DNA from: Fonticula alba ATCC 38817
Lineage: Eukaryota > Protista > Nucleariida
NCBI GenBank assembly: GCA_000388065.2
Contig: KB932206.1
Strand: one strand, 5' to 3'
Length of the DNA stretch: 64,000 bases
Shown here: piece by piece, positions 38,197 to 50,670 of the stretch
Layout of the letters: each line of letters opens with the position of its first letter
How positions within the stretch are numbered: the first letter of the stretch is position 1
The notes under the pieces: generated by a model
What the model was told of the DNA's origin: nothing
What the model saw: the letters and a program-made list of their open reading frames with translations, nothing else
Database searches by the model: none
Position numbers and translations under genes: made by a program

Positions 38197-40069
38197 CTAG
38201 TCAGACTTCAATGGGGCCGTCGGGGCCTGGCCAAAACCCGGGGCATCGGCCGCCGAGGCGGTGTTGTGGCGGCGACTGTGGCTGGTGACACAGAAGTCGA
38301 AGTAGCGGGCCACGATCTCGGTGACCACCTGGACGTGCGGGTCGCAGGAACGCAGGACACCCGCATATGTATATATATATATATATATCCCGAAATGAGA
38401 GGGGAGAGAGAGAGAGAGAGAGAGGGAGAGTCAGCATGAGGAATCCCACACGCAAGGCGAGAAGGAGAGGGGGAGGGGAAATGGCCAAGAAGAAGCAAGA
38501 GGGCCCGCGGAGCCGGCCAGCCCCCTGAGCATGTACGCACCGTGAGGATGGGCGCCAAGACCAGCTCCATGACCGGATTCGAGCGGGGAACCACCCCGTT
38601 GGCGGACATGCGCACCAGCGACGTGAGCAGATCCATGGAGATCTGGTACTCACCCCGGTGGAGGGCGGCGTCGAGGATGAGTCGCGCACATGTGGAAGGC
38701 TGCATGGCGTCCACCGAGCCCTCAATTTGCCGGGTGATCTCCGGCTTGGTGAGGTTCTCGATCTCGAAGCCCTCGGTCTGCATGTTCGGCGGGTAGGCCA
38801 TGTGCACCTCGATCGCGCGGTTGGTGTCGCACGCAAGCTCATTGCGCAGGGCATCCGCAAAGGCTGGGCACAATCGGGTCAGGGATCACCGGGCGGAGTG
38901 CGGGGCAGGGTGGGGAAAAAAAGGGCGGGTCGGCAGGGCGCACCGCGAACGGCGAACTTGCTCGGTGCATAGCCCGAGTAGCCGGCAAAGGAAATGAGCG
39001 CCGCCGTGGAGGAGATCAGGATGACATTGCCCTTGCGGCTGGGTGTGGCATCGATCCGACGGAGACCTTCCTGTGAACATGTACACAAGGTTGCATAAAT
39101 GGCCATGCGCCAGTGCGCGTGCAGGGGCCAGTGGGGGGGGGGGGGATGGATGTGATCCGTGGGCGAGGGGAGTTGTGTGTGTATGTTAGAGAGAGAAAGA
39201 AAGAGAGAGAGAGAGAGAGATCAAGAAATTCGGGGAGGGCTGCTTCGCTTGCTTCGGCGCGCAATTTTAGGTGAACGGCGGGCGGCCTGATGACGAGACC
39301 GCCACTCGATGCGACAACGTACGTGCACAACATTCAGCATGCCGAAGTAGTTGAGATTCATCATGGTGTTGAAGGCCTTCAGCTCCATGTCCAGAAAGAG
39401 GCCCGGGATAGCCACGCCTGGCAGCAGCCGCGAAAGCAAAAGGCCAAACATGCCGCACAGTGGTCAGCACCATGCGGGAGGGACATCCGGCGAGATCGAC
39501 GCAATGTCACGCACCGGCACAAGGGATCAGCACATCCGGCACGCTGCCGGTTTCGGCCTCGGCCTTGGCAAAGAGGGCGGCCACCTGCTCGGGCGAGGTG
39601 ACATCGCAGGAAGCCCCGCAGAACCGCTGATCCGGCGACACGGCCACCTTTCGCAGGGCGGCCACGGCCGCTCGACATCAGCCGCCCCGCGGGCGGCAAC
39701 GGTCACCGACGCCCCGCGCCGGGCCAGCTCGAGGGCCAGCTCTCGACCGAGACCCTTGGTGCCTCCGGTCACAAGCGCATGCTTCGGAGGTTACCACGAA
39801 AGGAAGGCCCCGGGGGAGGTGGGTGGTACAGAGAGAGGGGGAGGGGGAGGGGGAGGGGGGGAGGGAGGGAAAGAGGAGGGGAAGAGATATGCACGAGCGG
39901 ATGCAGGGTGCGTGTAAATGATCGGCCAGCGGAAGGGGGCGAAGCAGGCGCGGGCAGGACGCACCATCGAGCTGTAGTCGACAGCGCGCAGTTGCGGCCG
40001 GAGGAAGCGCTGCACGAGGTGCACCAAGGCACCGATGGCCAGGAGGGAGAAAAAGCCAAGGACAAACAT
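38197..40069 (-). CDS. KDSR: 3-ketodihydrosphingosine reductase (KDSR/FVT-1/Tsc10), SDR family
   Basis: N-terminal TM MFVLGFFSLLAIGALVHLV, NAD(P)-binding TGGTKGLG, PGLFLD...MMNLNYFG, catalytic YAPSK, YPPNMQTEGFEIENLTKPEIT and C-terminal ELVLAPILT. Multi-exon; TAG at 38197-38199. Confidence 0.9.
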
Positions 40070-40923
40070 GGGTGTGGCAGAGCCGGCGCAGACAGGGACA
40101 AAGCGAGACCAGCCGGAGCAGGGAGGGGGGGGGGGGGNNNNNNNNNNNNNNNNNNNNNNNNNNNNNNNNNNNNNNNNNNNNNNNNNNNNNNNNNNNNNNN
40201 NNNNNNNNNNNNNNNNNNNNNNNNNNNNNNNNNNNNNNNNNNNNNNNNNNNNNNNNNNNNNNNNNNNNNNNNNNNNNNGGGGGTGGCGGCGGCGAAACAC
40301 GCGTGTTTGCTCACGGATGCCGGAAGTCTTGCGGCAGATCGCCGGCCAATGAGCGCGCGGTTCGACGGCAGACAGCCAAAGCGTTGGGACCTGGTTGGGA
40401 GCTGGCCCGCCCAGCTGGTTGTGACATTCCCTGGTGCCCGGGGGGGGGGGTGACCTGGCAGGGAAGCCCTTCTCTAGCCGGTTCCCCGACGAGAACCCGG
40501 GCCCGAGACCGTGACAATCGGGGGCGGACATGCTCAGAGGGCGATCGTACCCAGGGGATCGGTCCACGCATCGGTGTTGCGCACTCTCGACCGGCCCCGC
40601 CCTGCCCCCTCAGGGCAGATCGGCGACGGCTGGCGGTGTCGGCCGATGCTGCCTGGTCGCTCCGAGGGTGCTCGGGCATCTTCGCTGTCCCGGACCTCGC
40701 CCCTGTCTCTCCCACTCTCGCTCGCTCTGCCATTCGCGCCCTCTCCCAGTTCTCTCCCTCTCGCGGTGTCCTGATGCCAAGAGACCCCGGCACGGCGCCT
40801 GCCGCGCCGACGAACGCAGGATCATCGGCCCCCCCCCCCACCCCCCCCCCCCCCCTATCCTGCCCTCCATCCCCTCCTGCCTCACTGCTGCCCTGTCCCC
40901 GGTAGCATCTTCGCCTCGCTGCC

Positions 40924-42402
40924 ATGTCCATCCACCTCCGCGGCGACCCCCGGGTGTATACCGTCCTCTTGCGGGCCCGGTCAATGCGGGAAAGCAAGCA
41001 CCTGAAGGCCAATGAATTTGAGAACGCCGGGAAAGGTGCGCCCCCTGTCCCGGCCATGGTGACTGATTAATTGCCCGGCATGCCCCCTTACCCGACCTGC
41101 CCACTCGTCGGCGCCTCGGTCTAGTCATCCTGCCGAGCCTGGTTCTGCAAGAGCTGTCCCACCATCTGGTCACCTACCCGATGGTTTTCTCCTTCTCCTA
41201 TGGCGATCGAATCACCCATGGGGGTGTGGCCGACTTCGACCAGTGCCCAGGCAACGTGTACTTCCCCTCCTGGGTTCGTGCCGCCCAATGTCCTTCGGGC
41301 CATTGCTTGCCGAAGTCCACATCTGCGCGCCTCCTTCGTGCTGTGCCCGCCCCCTCCGCTCCTGCCGTGCTTTTGTTTGTGGCCACATGCGCGGCCACGC
41401 ATGGGCATGCAGCTGCGCATGCGCATCCCCTTGCTAACCCCTCTGGCCCCGGCCTCTCCTCCTCCCCCAACCGCCAGATGATGGACCAGCTGGGCATCAC
41501 GTCCGGTGACAATGTCGTCGTTCGCAATGTCAACCTCCCCCTGGGCAACTTTGTGCGGCTACAGCCGCTGACCGAGGACTTCCTGCAAATCCACAACCAT
41601 CGAGCCACTCTGGAGCATGGCCTCGTCCAGTATGGCGCCCTGACCAAGGGCGATGTCATCACCATCCCCTACGGCGACGATCGGGTGTACAGACTCCGGG
41701 TGCTGGACACCAAGCCGGCCCCGGCCATCGCCATCACTGAGACCGATCTCGAGGTGGACTTCGCCCCGCCGGCCGATGTGGAAGCTCGTGAGCGGGCTGA
41801 GGCCGAGCGCCGCGAAGCCGAGGCGGCCCGCCAGGAGCGCGAACGCCAGGCCCTGGAGGCCGCGCGCCTGGCCGCCGCCACGGCCGAAGCTCGCCGGGTC
41901 AACTTCGTTCCCTTCTCCGGGTCCGGGACGCGCGTGCGCTCCGGCACGGCCGGGCCTTCGGGCTCTCGATCGGGCCATGACCCGGCCCTTGAGGCGGTGC
42001 GCATCGCCCACTGGCGCCCGCTGTCCTCCTCTTCGCGCGCTTTCCCCCCCCCCCCCCACACACACACACCACGCCTTGCCCAATGTCTGACCCCCTTCAT
42101 CGCAGATCCTTGCCGAGGCTGCTGCCCAGAAGCCCGTCGTCCGGCCCTTCCTCCATGGCGTCAACCCGGCCGCCGTGGTCCCGCTGGACCTGGGCCCGGT
42201 CGGTGCCATTGTCATCGGGTCACCGCAGCGGCTGGCCGACCCCGAGCAGCTGAAGGCCGCCAGCCAGGGGCTCCTTTCCTCCGGGGCTTCCTCTTCGGAC
42301 ACAGCCCTGCCCGGCGGGGCGCCAATCTTCTCCGGGACCAGTGCCACACTCAAGAAGAAGAAGCGCTCGAAAAAGGCCAAGTCCAGTGTCGACGCGCCAT
42401 AG
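40924..42402 (+). CDS. UFD1: Ubiquitin fusion degradation protein 1 (Cdc48/p97 adaptor)
   Basis: Spliced GK|VILPS..TYPMVF..THGGVADF..VYFPSW|MM, then LQPLTEDFLQIHNHRATLE..LTKGDVITI..VLDTKP..IAITETDLEVDFAPP, and a SHP box FVPFSGSGTRV. Confidence 0.9.
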
Positions 42403-42884
42403 ATCGAGCGCGTCGCCGGCCTAGCCCGGCCCTGCCTCTTCCCGGGAGCTCCCCCCCCCTCGCTTCTGCCCCCCTTCCCCCCCCCCTCTCCCTGTCCCTC
42501 TGTCCCAAGCTTTTGGGTGCGATCCTGGTTGTCGATTTGCGAATTTGAAAACCTGCACTCTTTCCTTACGTGTCCCTGCTTCTGTGCCTTTGTGTGCAGG
42601 TGAGTCTATTCCTGCGAAGTCGGCCCCAAAGGGAGGTGATGGGGAGGGGAGGAGGGAGGGGAGGGAGCGGGCGAACAGGGGGCAGGACAATGCGAGGCCG
42701 GGGGAGGAATGCGCCCACCGGAGGGCGGGGCGCAAGTAGCCCGACACTTGCCGCCTGTGCGTGCGCGCGTGGGCACACGAAAGACACACAGACACACACA
42801 CACATCCATGTATGAATATATAAATATATATCTGTGTGCACATGTGTGATAGGGCGGCACGCGTGGATGTGCATGGGCCCATAA

Positions 42885-44507
42885 TCAGAACAGCGAGTCC
42901 ATCGACACCGTGGCCTGAACGGGGAAGGTGATGTGGCTGCCACCACTGCCATCGGCACTTTGCGCGCTCAGGCGCATGGGCAAAATACTGCGAAAACATG
43001 CGCACACACACACACACATAGGCCCGGATGCCCAGAAGGCAGGGCGGGAGAACACAAATAGACACAGGGGCGAGAGTGTGAACAGTGTCAGCGCAAAGTC
43101 CAGCGAACAGGTGAAGGGACAGGGGGAAGGGAAAGCAAGGGGCAGCGCCCGGCACAGGCACGCACCGGAAGGCAAACACCCCCTCGATCAGACGGCCGTC
43201 GACCACCAAATCGAAAGGACGCCCGTTGGCCGTCTCCACCGTGGCATTGCTCACATGGAAGGAGTGCCCCTCCTCGGCCTGATCGGTCAGCCAGCCAGCC
43301 GTCGACTGCCGAAGCGATGCCCCCACCACCGGGGCCAAGCTGTCGGCCAGATCCCGCGGCAGAGGGCTGGTACCCCCGCCGGGGGTGCCGGAATCGGCCG
43401 ACTGACCCGAGGCCGGGAGCGCCGCGGCGCCCGGGCCCACGGGCACTCCGGCCGGCGAGGAAAGGAGATTCGAATCGAGCACGACCGCCTGCGATGATGA
43501 CAAGTCCAACAGCTGGGGGAAGGCCAGCGGGGCAGGGGCCGGCTGGAGTTGAGACACCGCCAGAGCCGTGGCCTGGGTGACCTTGTTGCGCGAGCGACGA
43601 GACTGCGCATGTCCCAAAGCCGGGAGGGGGAAAGAAAAAAAAGGAAAAGCCAAAGGCCGAACGAGGGCAATCAGCCTGTCAGCAGAGCGAAGCCCCTCCT
43701 CCCTCGCCAAGTGAGATGCTTTTCAGCCGGGATCCAGCAAGGCGCCACAGCGATGGCTCACGCACCGGGTCCGCCTCGAACATGTACAGCTCCACACAAT
43801 CGGAGAAAGGGTGCACCAGGTGCCCATGATCGGCTGTCCGGGGCAAACTGCTGACCTGGACCGAGTGGTACGACCGAGAAGGAAGGGTCCGGCGCATTCC
43901 AAAGCCACCGCCCACCGAGAGGTCCGTGTAGGAGATGGCCAGCTCCGGCGCCGTGTGCTTCAGCTGCCGGATAACCGAGGCAGAGGGGCCGGACCCGGAG
44001 CTGGACCCGGACCCGGAGCCTGCCCCGGAGCCTGCCCCGGCCCCGGCCCCGGCCCCGGCCCCGGTAGCCGAGAGGGCGCTCGTGGCCCCGGCCCCGGTGG
44101 CCGAGGAAATGCGTGCCCGACGCAAGCGCGACACGGACAAACCACCGGCACAAAGGCTGGCCGCCGGCTGAGTGAAGTTTGTCGTGACAAATGCCCCAAA
44201 GGCGGTGGTCAGCTGGCCGAGCACCGCCGGCGAGGTGGTCTGGGCCGGGCGCTCGGCCCCGGCCAGCGATCCGTCACCCCCGGCGAAGGCGCCGGGGTCG
44301 CTGCCCGGCATGCCCAGCGACGAGGTCACCTCCGAGGCGAAGGCCACCGCCGTCGACACATGGCTGCCCACCTCGACCGATCCCATGAAGGGGATGACCA
44401 CGCCGCCGGAGAAGTCCTCCTTGCTGTCGCGTGCCTTCTGCCAGTACTGCACTTGGAAGACCTTCCACTGTCACAGGTCCAACAACAGCAACAGCAACAG
44501 CAACAGC

Positions 44508-44541
<34 letters not shown>

Positions 44542-45209
44542 GGCCGTATGGGCGGTGAGAAGGGGGGGGAGGGGGGGGCGGAGGCATGGATCAAGAAGAC
44601 AAGGATGAACGAGGCACACGCACATGCATCGTGGAGGTGGCTGTCCGGAAGTGCTGGTCCAGCAGGGACCGGGTATAGGCAATCGGCGACATGACCGCAT
44701 TGCGCGACGCGTCAAAGTAGCCACCCTGGCCGTGTGCAAGCCAGTCGGCAAGAGGAAGGAGGAGAAGCAGGAGGAGGAGAAAAGCAAGGAACACCGTCAG
44801 AGGGGGGGCGGGGGGCGGGGGAAAGAGAGGCAAGGGAAGGGGGGCAGGACCCAGCAGAAAAGCATGCCCATGGGGGAGGGTTGCCAAGGGGGAGGCAGAG
44901 CCGGGGCTCGTACCATGTCCGTGACGGCATTCAAGGACCGCAGTGACAAGACCGCATCAAGGTCGCCGATGAGGTCCGACCGGCCATGGCGACTGCATAC
45001 CTCCGGATCGTCAACCGCCGGCAGGACCGAGAGGGCCGACCGAAGGGGGTGCAAAAGGTATCGCCCATAGAAGGGATCATACAGGGAGATGGCATGGGCG
45101 AACTTCAAGGACCGGCCAATCGGCACGATGTAGAAGACGGGGGCTGCGTGTCCGGCGCGGGGAGGGAAACCGGGAATGAGCAACGCGTGATATGGAGGGC
45201 GGAGGGAAC

Positions 45210-45259
<50 letters not shown>

Positions 45260-47761
45260 GGGGTGACACGGGGAGTGAGGCACGCACCGACACGCGCCAG
45301 CAGATCCGGCCGGGCCACATGCAGGCGAGCGTATGCCAGCAGCACGGCCTGCACCATGGAATCGCCGCCAGCGATGGCCACACGCACGCGGAACACACTG
45401 CGAGCCGGGGCCTCGCCGGGGGCGGTGGAGTTTGAAGCACCGCCGGTGGTGCCACCGGTGGCGGGGGTGCCGGAAGAGGCCCCGGCACTCGAAGCACCGG
45501 CAGCATTGGCCGCCGAGGGCTTGGCCGTCGATTGCAGCGACGTGGCGTTGGCAGCCGCCGCATCTGGCAGGTGCCGCTCGAGGATCCGCTCCAGCGCCGA
45601 GTATGCTCCGGAAGTGGCCATCTGTGAACCCTCGGCCGAGGGCGAGGGCACCGAGGCCGGCCCGAAGCCGGGCTTCCCGCCAATCGGCGTGAAGGCCCCG
45701 GGCTCCACCTCGTGCAGCTCAAGTGTATGGTAGCTGCAGTGGACGCAGGAGGGGACGAATCAGCGAGAAGACGGACCAGGGAGGAGAGGGAGAGGGGGGA
45801 GGGGGGGGGGAGTGGGACACAGAGGAGCAAGTCAGCAGGGGGCAGTGGCAACCATGGCCACGCATAAGTGCACAAATGGGCCGATGGGCGGAACATACTC
45901 GGAGAAGCAGGAAAGCAGACTATCCAGGTCGATGTCGGCATAGTCGTCCTCCGTCTCGCCCGGAACCAGGGCCGGCCGGGTGGCCAAGATCTTCTGGTAC
46001 AACACATCAAAGAGCCGGGTGATCTTCTCGCCATTGTACTCGGGGGCCGCATGGGACCGGGCCCCGCGACCGGATGTCGGCGATCCGGGGGTCCCGGACC
46101 CGACCCCGGACCCGGCGGCGCTGGCCGATGGCGGCGCGAAGGTCGCCACGATCTGCGTCGCCGCACTGAAGTAGGCATTGACGTGGGCCGGGCTGTACCG
46201 ATCCAGCCGGGGACATGTCTCCACACCGAGGATGGTCCGGAAGCAGACTGGAAAAGGGAGCGGGGGAGGCCCAGCGGGTGGCGTCAGAGGGGCGGGAGGG
46301 GGGGGGGGGGGGNNNNNNNNNNAGAGAGAGAGAGAGAGAGATTGATGGAGAGACAGGGAAGAAGGGAGCGGCAGGCAAATGAGGAGGGGAAGAGATACAC
46401 GCACCACACGTGCGATCGACACGTAGAGCTCGCCATCAGAGGCGGTGGAAGATGTGCTGGTGTTGATTGGGTCTACGTTGGTGGTTGGAGCGCTGGGCGG
46501 CTGCTCGCCGCCGACGCGGGTGGCCTGAGTGGTAACAGCGGCGGCGCTCGAACTCATGGCCGGGAGCATCACACGGGACGAAGCAAGCCGAGAAGGGGGG
46601 GGAAGAAGAAGGGGGCGATCGAGGGCGAGGGCGGTGCGGGGGGGGGGGCACCAGACCTGATGCTGGGCAGGGGGCAGGGCGGCGCAAGACCGGCGGCCGA
46701 CGCACGATAGAGGAAGTACAGCCGCGGCTCCGGGTCGAAGGGGATCTGCCGCGCGGCCAGGTAGAAGCGCAGCACATGCGCAGAAGCTGACCCGGGCGCG
46801 GTCAGCACATGGACCGAACGCGAAGTGCGCGACGCAGGCAGCAATTCCGGATGCCGCTCAAGGAACTCGGCCGCTCGCCAGAGAAGTGGCTTGGCCAGCC
46901 GCCGCCGGCACATGCGGATCAGGCCCAAAGCCACAGTGCTGGCCGGCCGCGGGACCACCGTGAAGGGCCGCAGGTGGTCGCAAATGGCCCCGAGCAGAGC
47001 CGGCGGGAGGTGATCCGACTGCCCAAAAGAGAGAGAGAGAGAGAGAGAGGCAGCTCAGAAGGTCAGAGCTTGCAGCAGGGAGGGGGAGGGGAAAAACAGC
47101 AGCAGCCGAAAAGGAGAAGCCCGGCGCACCGCTTCGACACTCTCGCGCATGAGAAGCATCAGCAGGAAGGCATGCTCGTCGCTGGAGTCCACGCCCTGGG
47201 GCGAGGTGGAGCCGGCCGCGGCGCGGTCTTGCTCAATGGCCCGCAACCGCGTCAGCAGCTTCATGAAGGTCAGCAGCACCTCGCGCACGTGGATGTTCTT
47301 CATCAGGACCGAGCCCAGGGCGGTCTCTCCCACTGTGATGCGTTCGCGGGGGAGGAGAGGCGGGAGGGGATTAGCGCCGGAATGGGCATGCACCTGGAGG
47401 TAGGCATGTTGATGGGTGGGTGCAGAGGGCCCTTTGGCGCAACGCACTCAGTCGGCTCTCAAGGCCGGAGAGAGATGACAGGAAGCCACCGGTGTTGTAG
47501 CCGTCCGCCAGGGACAAGCGATACTCGTTGAAGGCCATCTGCCGGAGAGCCAAGTGCCGGAGGTGGGAGATGTGCTCGAAGAAGTCATTGGCAATCAGGA
47601 TGTTGCAGAACTACCCGGGGCAATGTGTCGCCCGGATTCAAGGGGTCAGCGAGTGTGTGCGCGTGGGTGTGCGTGTGGGCGTGCGTGGTGGTGGGAGGGG
47701 GGGGGAGGCAGACGAGTGATTGTGTGTGCATACGCATGCACATGCACAGATGTGATCCCCT

Positions 47762-47806
<45 letters not shown>

Positions 47807-49122
47807 CGAAACAAGTGGCGCACAGTGCGGCCCATGAAAGGATCAGTGTGTAGAGCTCCGGGTGACGGGCCGGAGGCGGACTCCGAGGACTGGAGCTCGT
47901 CGCGCCAGAGCCGCGCGGCCGTCAGGACACCGTGGTCACGTAGTGAGGAGCCATAGTTCAGGGTCACGAAGTAGAAAGTATGGATCAGGCGCTGGCGCAG
48001 GTGACGTATGGAAGGACAAGAAAGTGGGGTTAAGGCAGAACACCGGGGGAAGAGGGTGGCGGAGGACGACAGGGAGACCAGAGGAGGCAGAGGGAGGCAG
48101 AGGGAGGCAGAGGGAGGGAGGGAGGGAGACAGCTGGGCAAATGTAGGCCTAGCGTCGAGGGGAGAGGAGGGGCAGAAGCACAGGAAGGATATTAATCCAG
48201 GGCAGGTCATGCCGAGGGGGGGAGATGTAGTTCGATGTGCCGGGCAGGGCGTCCGGCGAACCGGGCATGTCGCCATTGATCGAGAAGGAGGTGACCGCCG
48301 AGGGAGCTCGCTCATTCATGATGAAGGCCACAAGCTGGCCGCGGATCCCAGAAGAGACAAATATCCGCCGGGGGGGAGGGGGGTGGAAGAAGGTAAATGA
48401 TGGGCCAAAGAGGGGGGGAAGAGAGGGGGCCGGTGAGAGGGGGCTGGCATACGTCGCTGGGGTCGCGCCAGGAGTCCGCCAGACCACCGAGGCTGATGAG
48501 TTTCGCCATCAAGGTGACCACCACCGCGGCAATTACCCCGCGATGGGCCACCATGGTGTCATAGAAGCTTTGGTGATGGTTGAAGGTCACAGGCTTCAGG
48601 TCGGGAGACAGGTGGCGCGCCAGCTGGATGTGGGCACACGGAGGCAGATGGCCGCGGAGGAATACAAGTGTCAGCAGTGCGAGTTGGGGAAGGGGACAGC
48701 GGGGACAGGGGAGACGCGGAGAGAGAGAGAGAGAGAGGGAGAGAGAGAGAGGAGGGAGAGGGAGGGACAGCGGGGACATAGGAGACGCGGAGAGAGAGAG
48801 AGAGAGAGGGAGAGAGAGAGAGGAGGGAGAGGGAGGGACAGCGGGGACATAGGAGACGCGGAGAGAAAGAGAAAGAGAGAGAGAGAGAGAGAGATTGATG
48901 GAGAGACAGGGAAGAAGGGAGCGGCAGGCAAATGAGGAGGGGAAGAGATACACGCACCACACGTGCGATCGACACGTAGAGCTCGCCATCAGAGGCGGTG
49001 GAAGATGTGCTGGTGTTGATTGGGTCTACGTTGGTGGTTGGAGCGCTGGGCGGCTGCTCGCCGCCGACGCGGGTGGCCTGAGTGGTAACAGCGGCGGCGC
49101 TCGAACTCATGGCCGGGAGCAT
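42885..49122 (-). CDS. p101/p84 (PIK3R5/6)- and PACS-C-terminal-like protein, multi-exon
   Basis: N-terminal helical exons (SFYDTMVAHRGVIAAVVVTLMAKL; LIHTFYFVTL; spliced LYFLY-LCFRTILG..LDRYSPAHVNAYFSAA), then RVRVAIAGGDSMVQAVLLAY, VFYIVPIG..AISLYDPFY, VIPFMGSVEVG, LAISYT, YHSVQVSSLP, ANGRPFDLVVDG and terminal HITFPV. The order matches recalled p101 and PACS C-terminal motifs. Confidence 0.6.
44480..44540 (+). repeat. (CAA)n/(CAACAG)n microsatellite in an intron
   Basis: aacaacagcaacagc...caacaacaac is directly visible. Confidence 0.9.
46323..46638. repeat. 316-bp direct duplicate of 48876-49191, flanking the N-gap at 46313-46322
   Basis: Appears base-for-base identical by eye; offset 2553 bp. 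Confidence 0.9.
48695..48880 (+). repeat. ~71-bp tandem repeat (~2.5 copies), GA-rich, intronic
   Basis: The unit gggacagcggggacataggagacgcggagagag... recurs. Confidence 0.85.
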
Positions 49123-50670
49123 CACACGGGACGAAGCAAGCCGAGAAGGGGGGGGAAGAAGAAGGGGGCGATCGAGGGCGAGGGCGGTGCGTGTGTATGC
49201 GTGTGTATGTGGGGGGGGGAGGGGCAAGGAGAAGAGACGTTGTCGGCCGGCGTCAGGGGCGGATAGTTGCCAGGCTGCAGATCAGTCAGTCTACTTGTCG
49301 CACATTGGCCGGAGCGCCGGCGGCACCAACGCGCGTCAGGCCAAGGCGCAAGCTGTGAGGGTGGGGGAGAGAACAATCGCACCTCCTCGCACACGAATTC
49401 GCCCACACGCACGCGTGCGCGCACATGCTCCTCCCCACACACACGCACACACTCGTCCCGATGGTTGGCCACGATCCGAGCCGTACACCAGCCGCGAGGA
49501 GCCGTCGCCCCATTGCGGCCCGCCGCATGTGTTTCGGAGGTGAGCCTGCCATGCCGAGACCATCAGCGCGGCCTGATCCCCCTCCCCGCGGCCCGCAATA
49601 ACAAACGGCGAAGGGCGCGGCCCGTTCGGAATCCGGACCGCCGCAGGGGGGGGGGGGGCCGGATCGCCCAGGTCGAGGCACTCTTGAGAGTGGGGACCTG
49701 CCGGGGCCTGGGTTCGCCGCCCTGACCCATCCCCTTTTTGTGTTCCCCCCCCCCCCCCGCCCGGCCGCCCCGTTCACGCCCCGCCCCGGCTTCTCCCTTT
49801 GACCGGACACCGGCAGGGGGGAGGGGGAGAACGCGCCTTCCCCGCTCCCAACAGCACGGGGGCCCGGGAGGGCATTTTCCGAGCCACCCCGCTTGTTGTT
49901 ATTTTCACGAGTGCTGGCCGGCCGGCCGGCCCGGATGTGTCCGATGCCCGACCCCCGGTGGGGCCTCCAGGGGCGCGCGGCTTTCGGCGGACCTGCCCAG
50001 CAGCCTCCACCGGCGACACCTCATGCCCACCAGGCACATTCTCCCGCCGGAAGAGGAAGATGCCCAGGGGAAAGGCCCCCCCCCCCCCCCCCGCCCGCTG
50101 CCGCCGGGTGCGTCCGCCTCGGGCCGAGAGCACGCCGCCAAGCATGCGATTGCAAACGTGAGTGTGTTATTTCCCAGCAATGCGCGCACGTAGGGCCCCG
50201 CCGGCCTTCGGTCGGTCTCGCCTGCGCTCTTGCCGCCAGCCCAGTGTCGCCGCGCCCCCTGCCGAGCCCCGTCCGGCGGCGCCTCGCACGCTGGCATGCC
50301 TCCGTTGGGACGCGGATGCGGTGGAATTTCTCCTCTGGAATGTTATTATTTGTGATCACGGGCACCTCGGAGAAACCCACAACTCCGGATCGTGGGCTAT
50401 GCATTGGCCCTCTGGATCGGGCCCCCGGCCCGTAACTCGAGCGTGGTCGACACAGTGGCAGAGGTGGCCGGAGGTGGCCGGGGGTGGCCGGGGGTGGCCG
50501 GAGGTGGCCGGGGCCCGGCCGGGGCCCGGCCGGGGAGGGGTGCCGTCTACCAGACCGGGGGCCGGAGCGCGGGACAATCCGGCCGCGGCCCAGGCCCCCT
50601 TGGCTGTTTGCGCCATTTTTATTCCCGCGACCTCGCGCGCACTGGCGGCTCCTCCAGCCGGCGTCCCACC

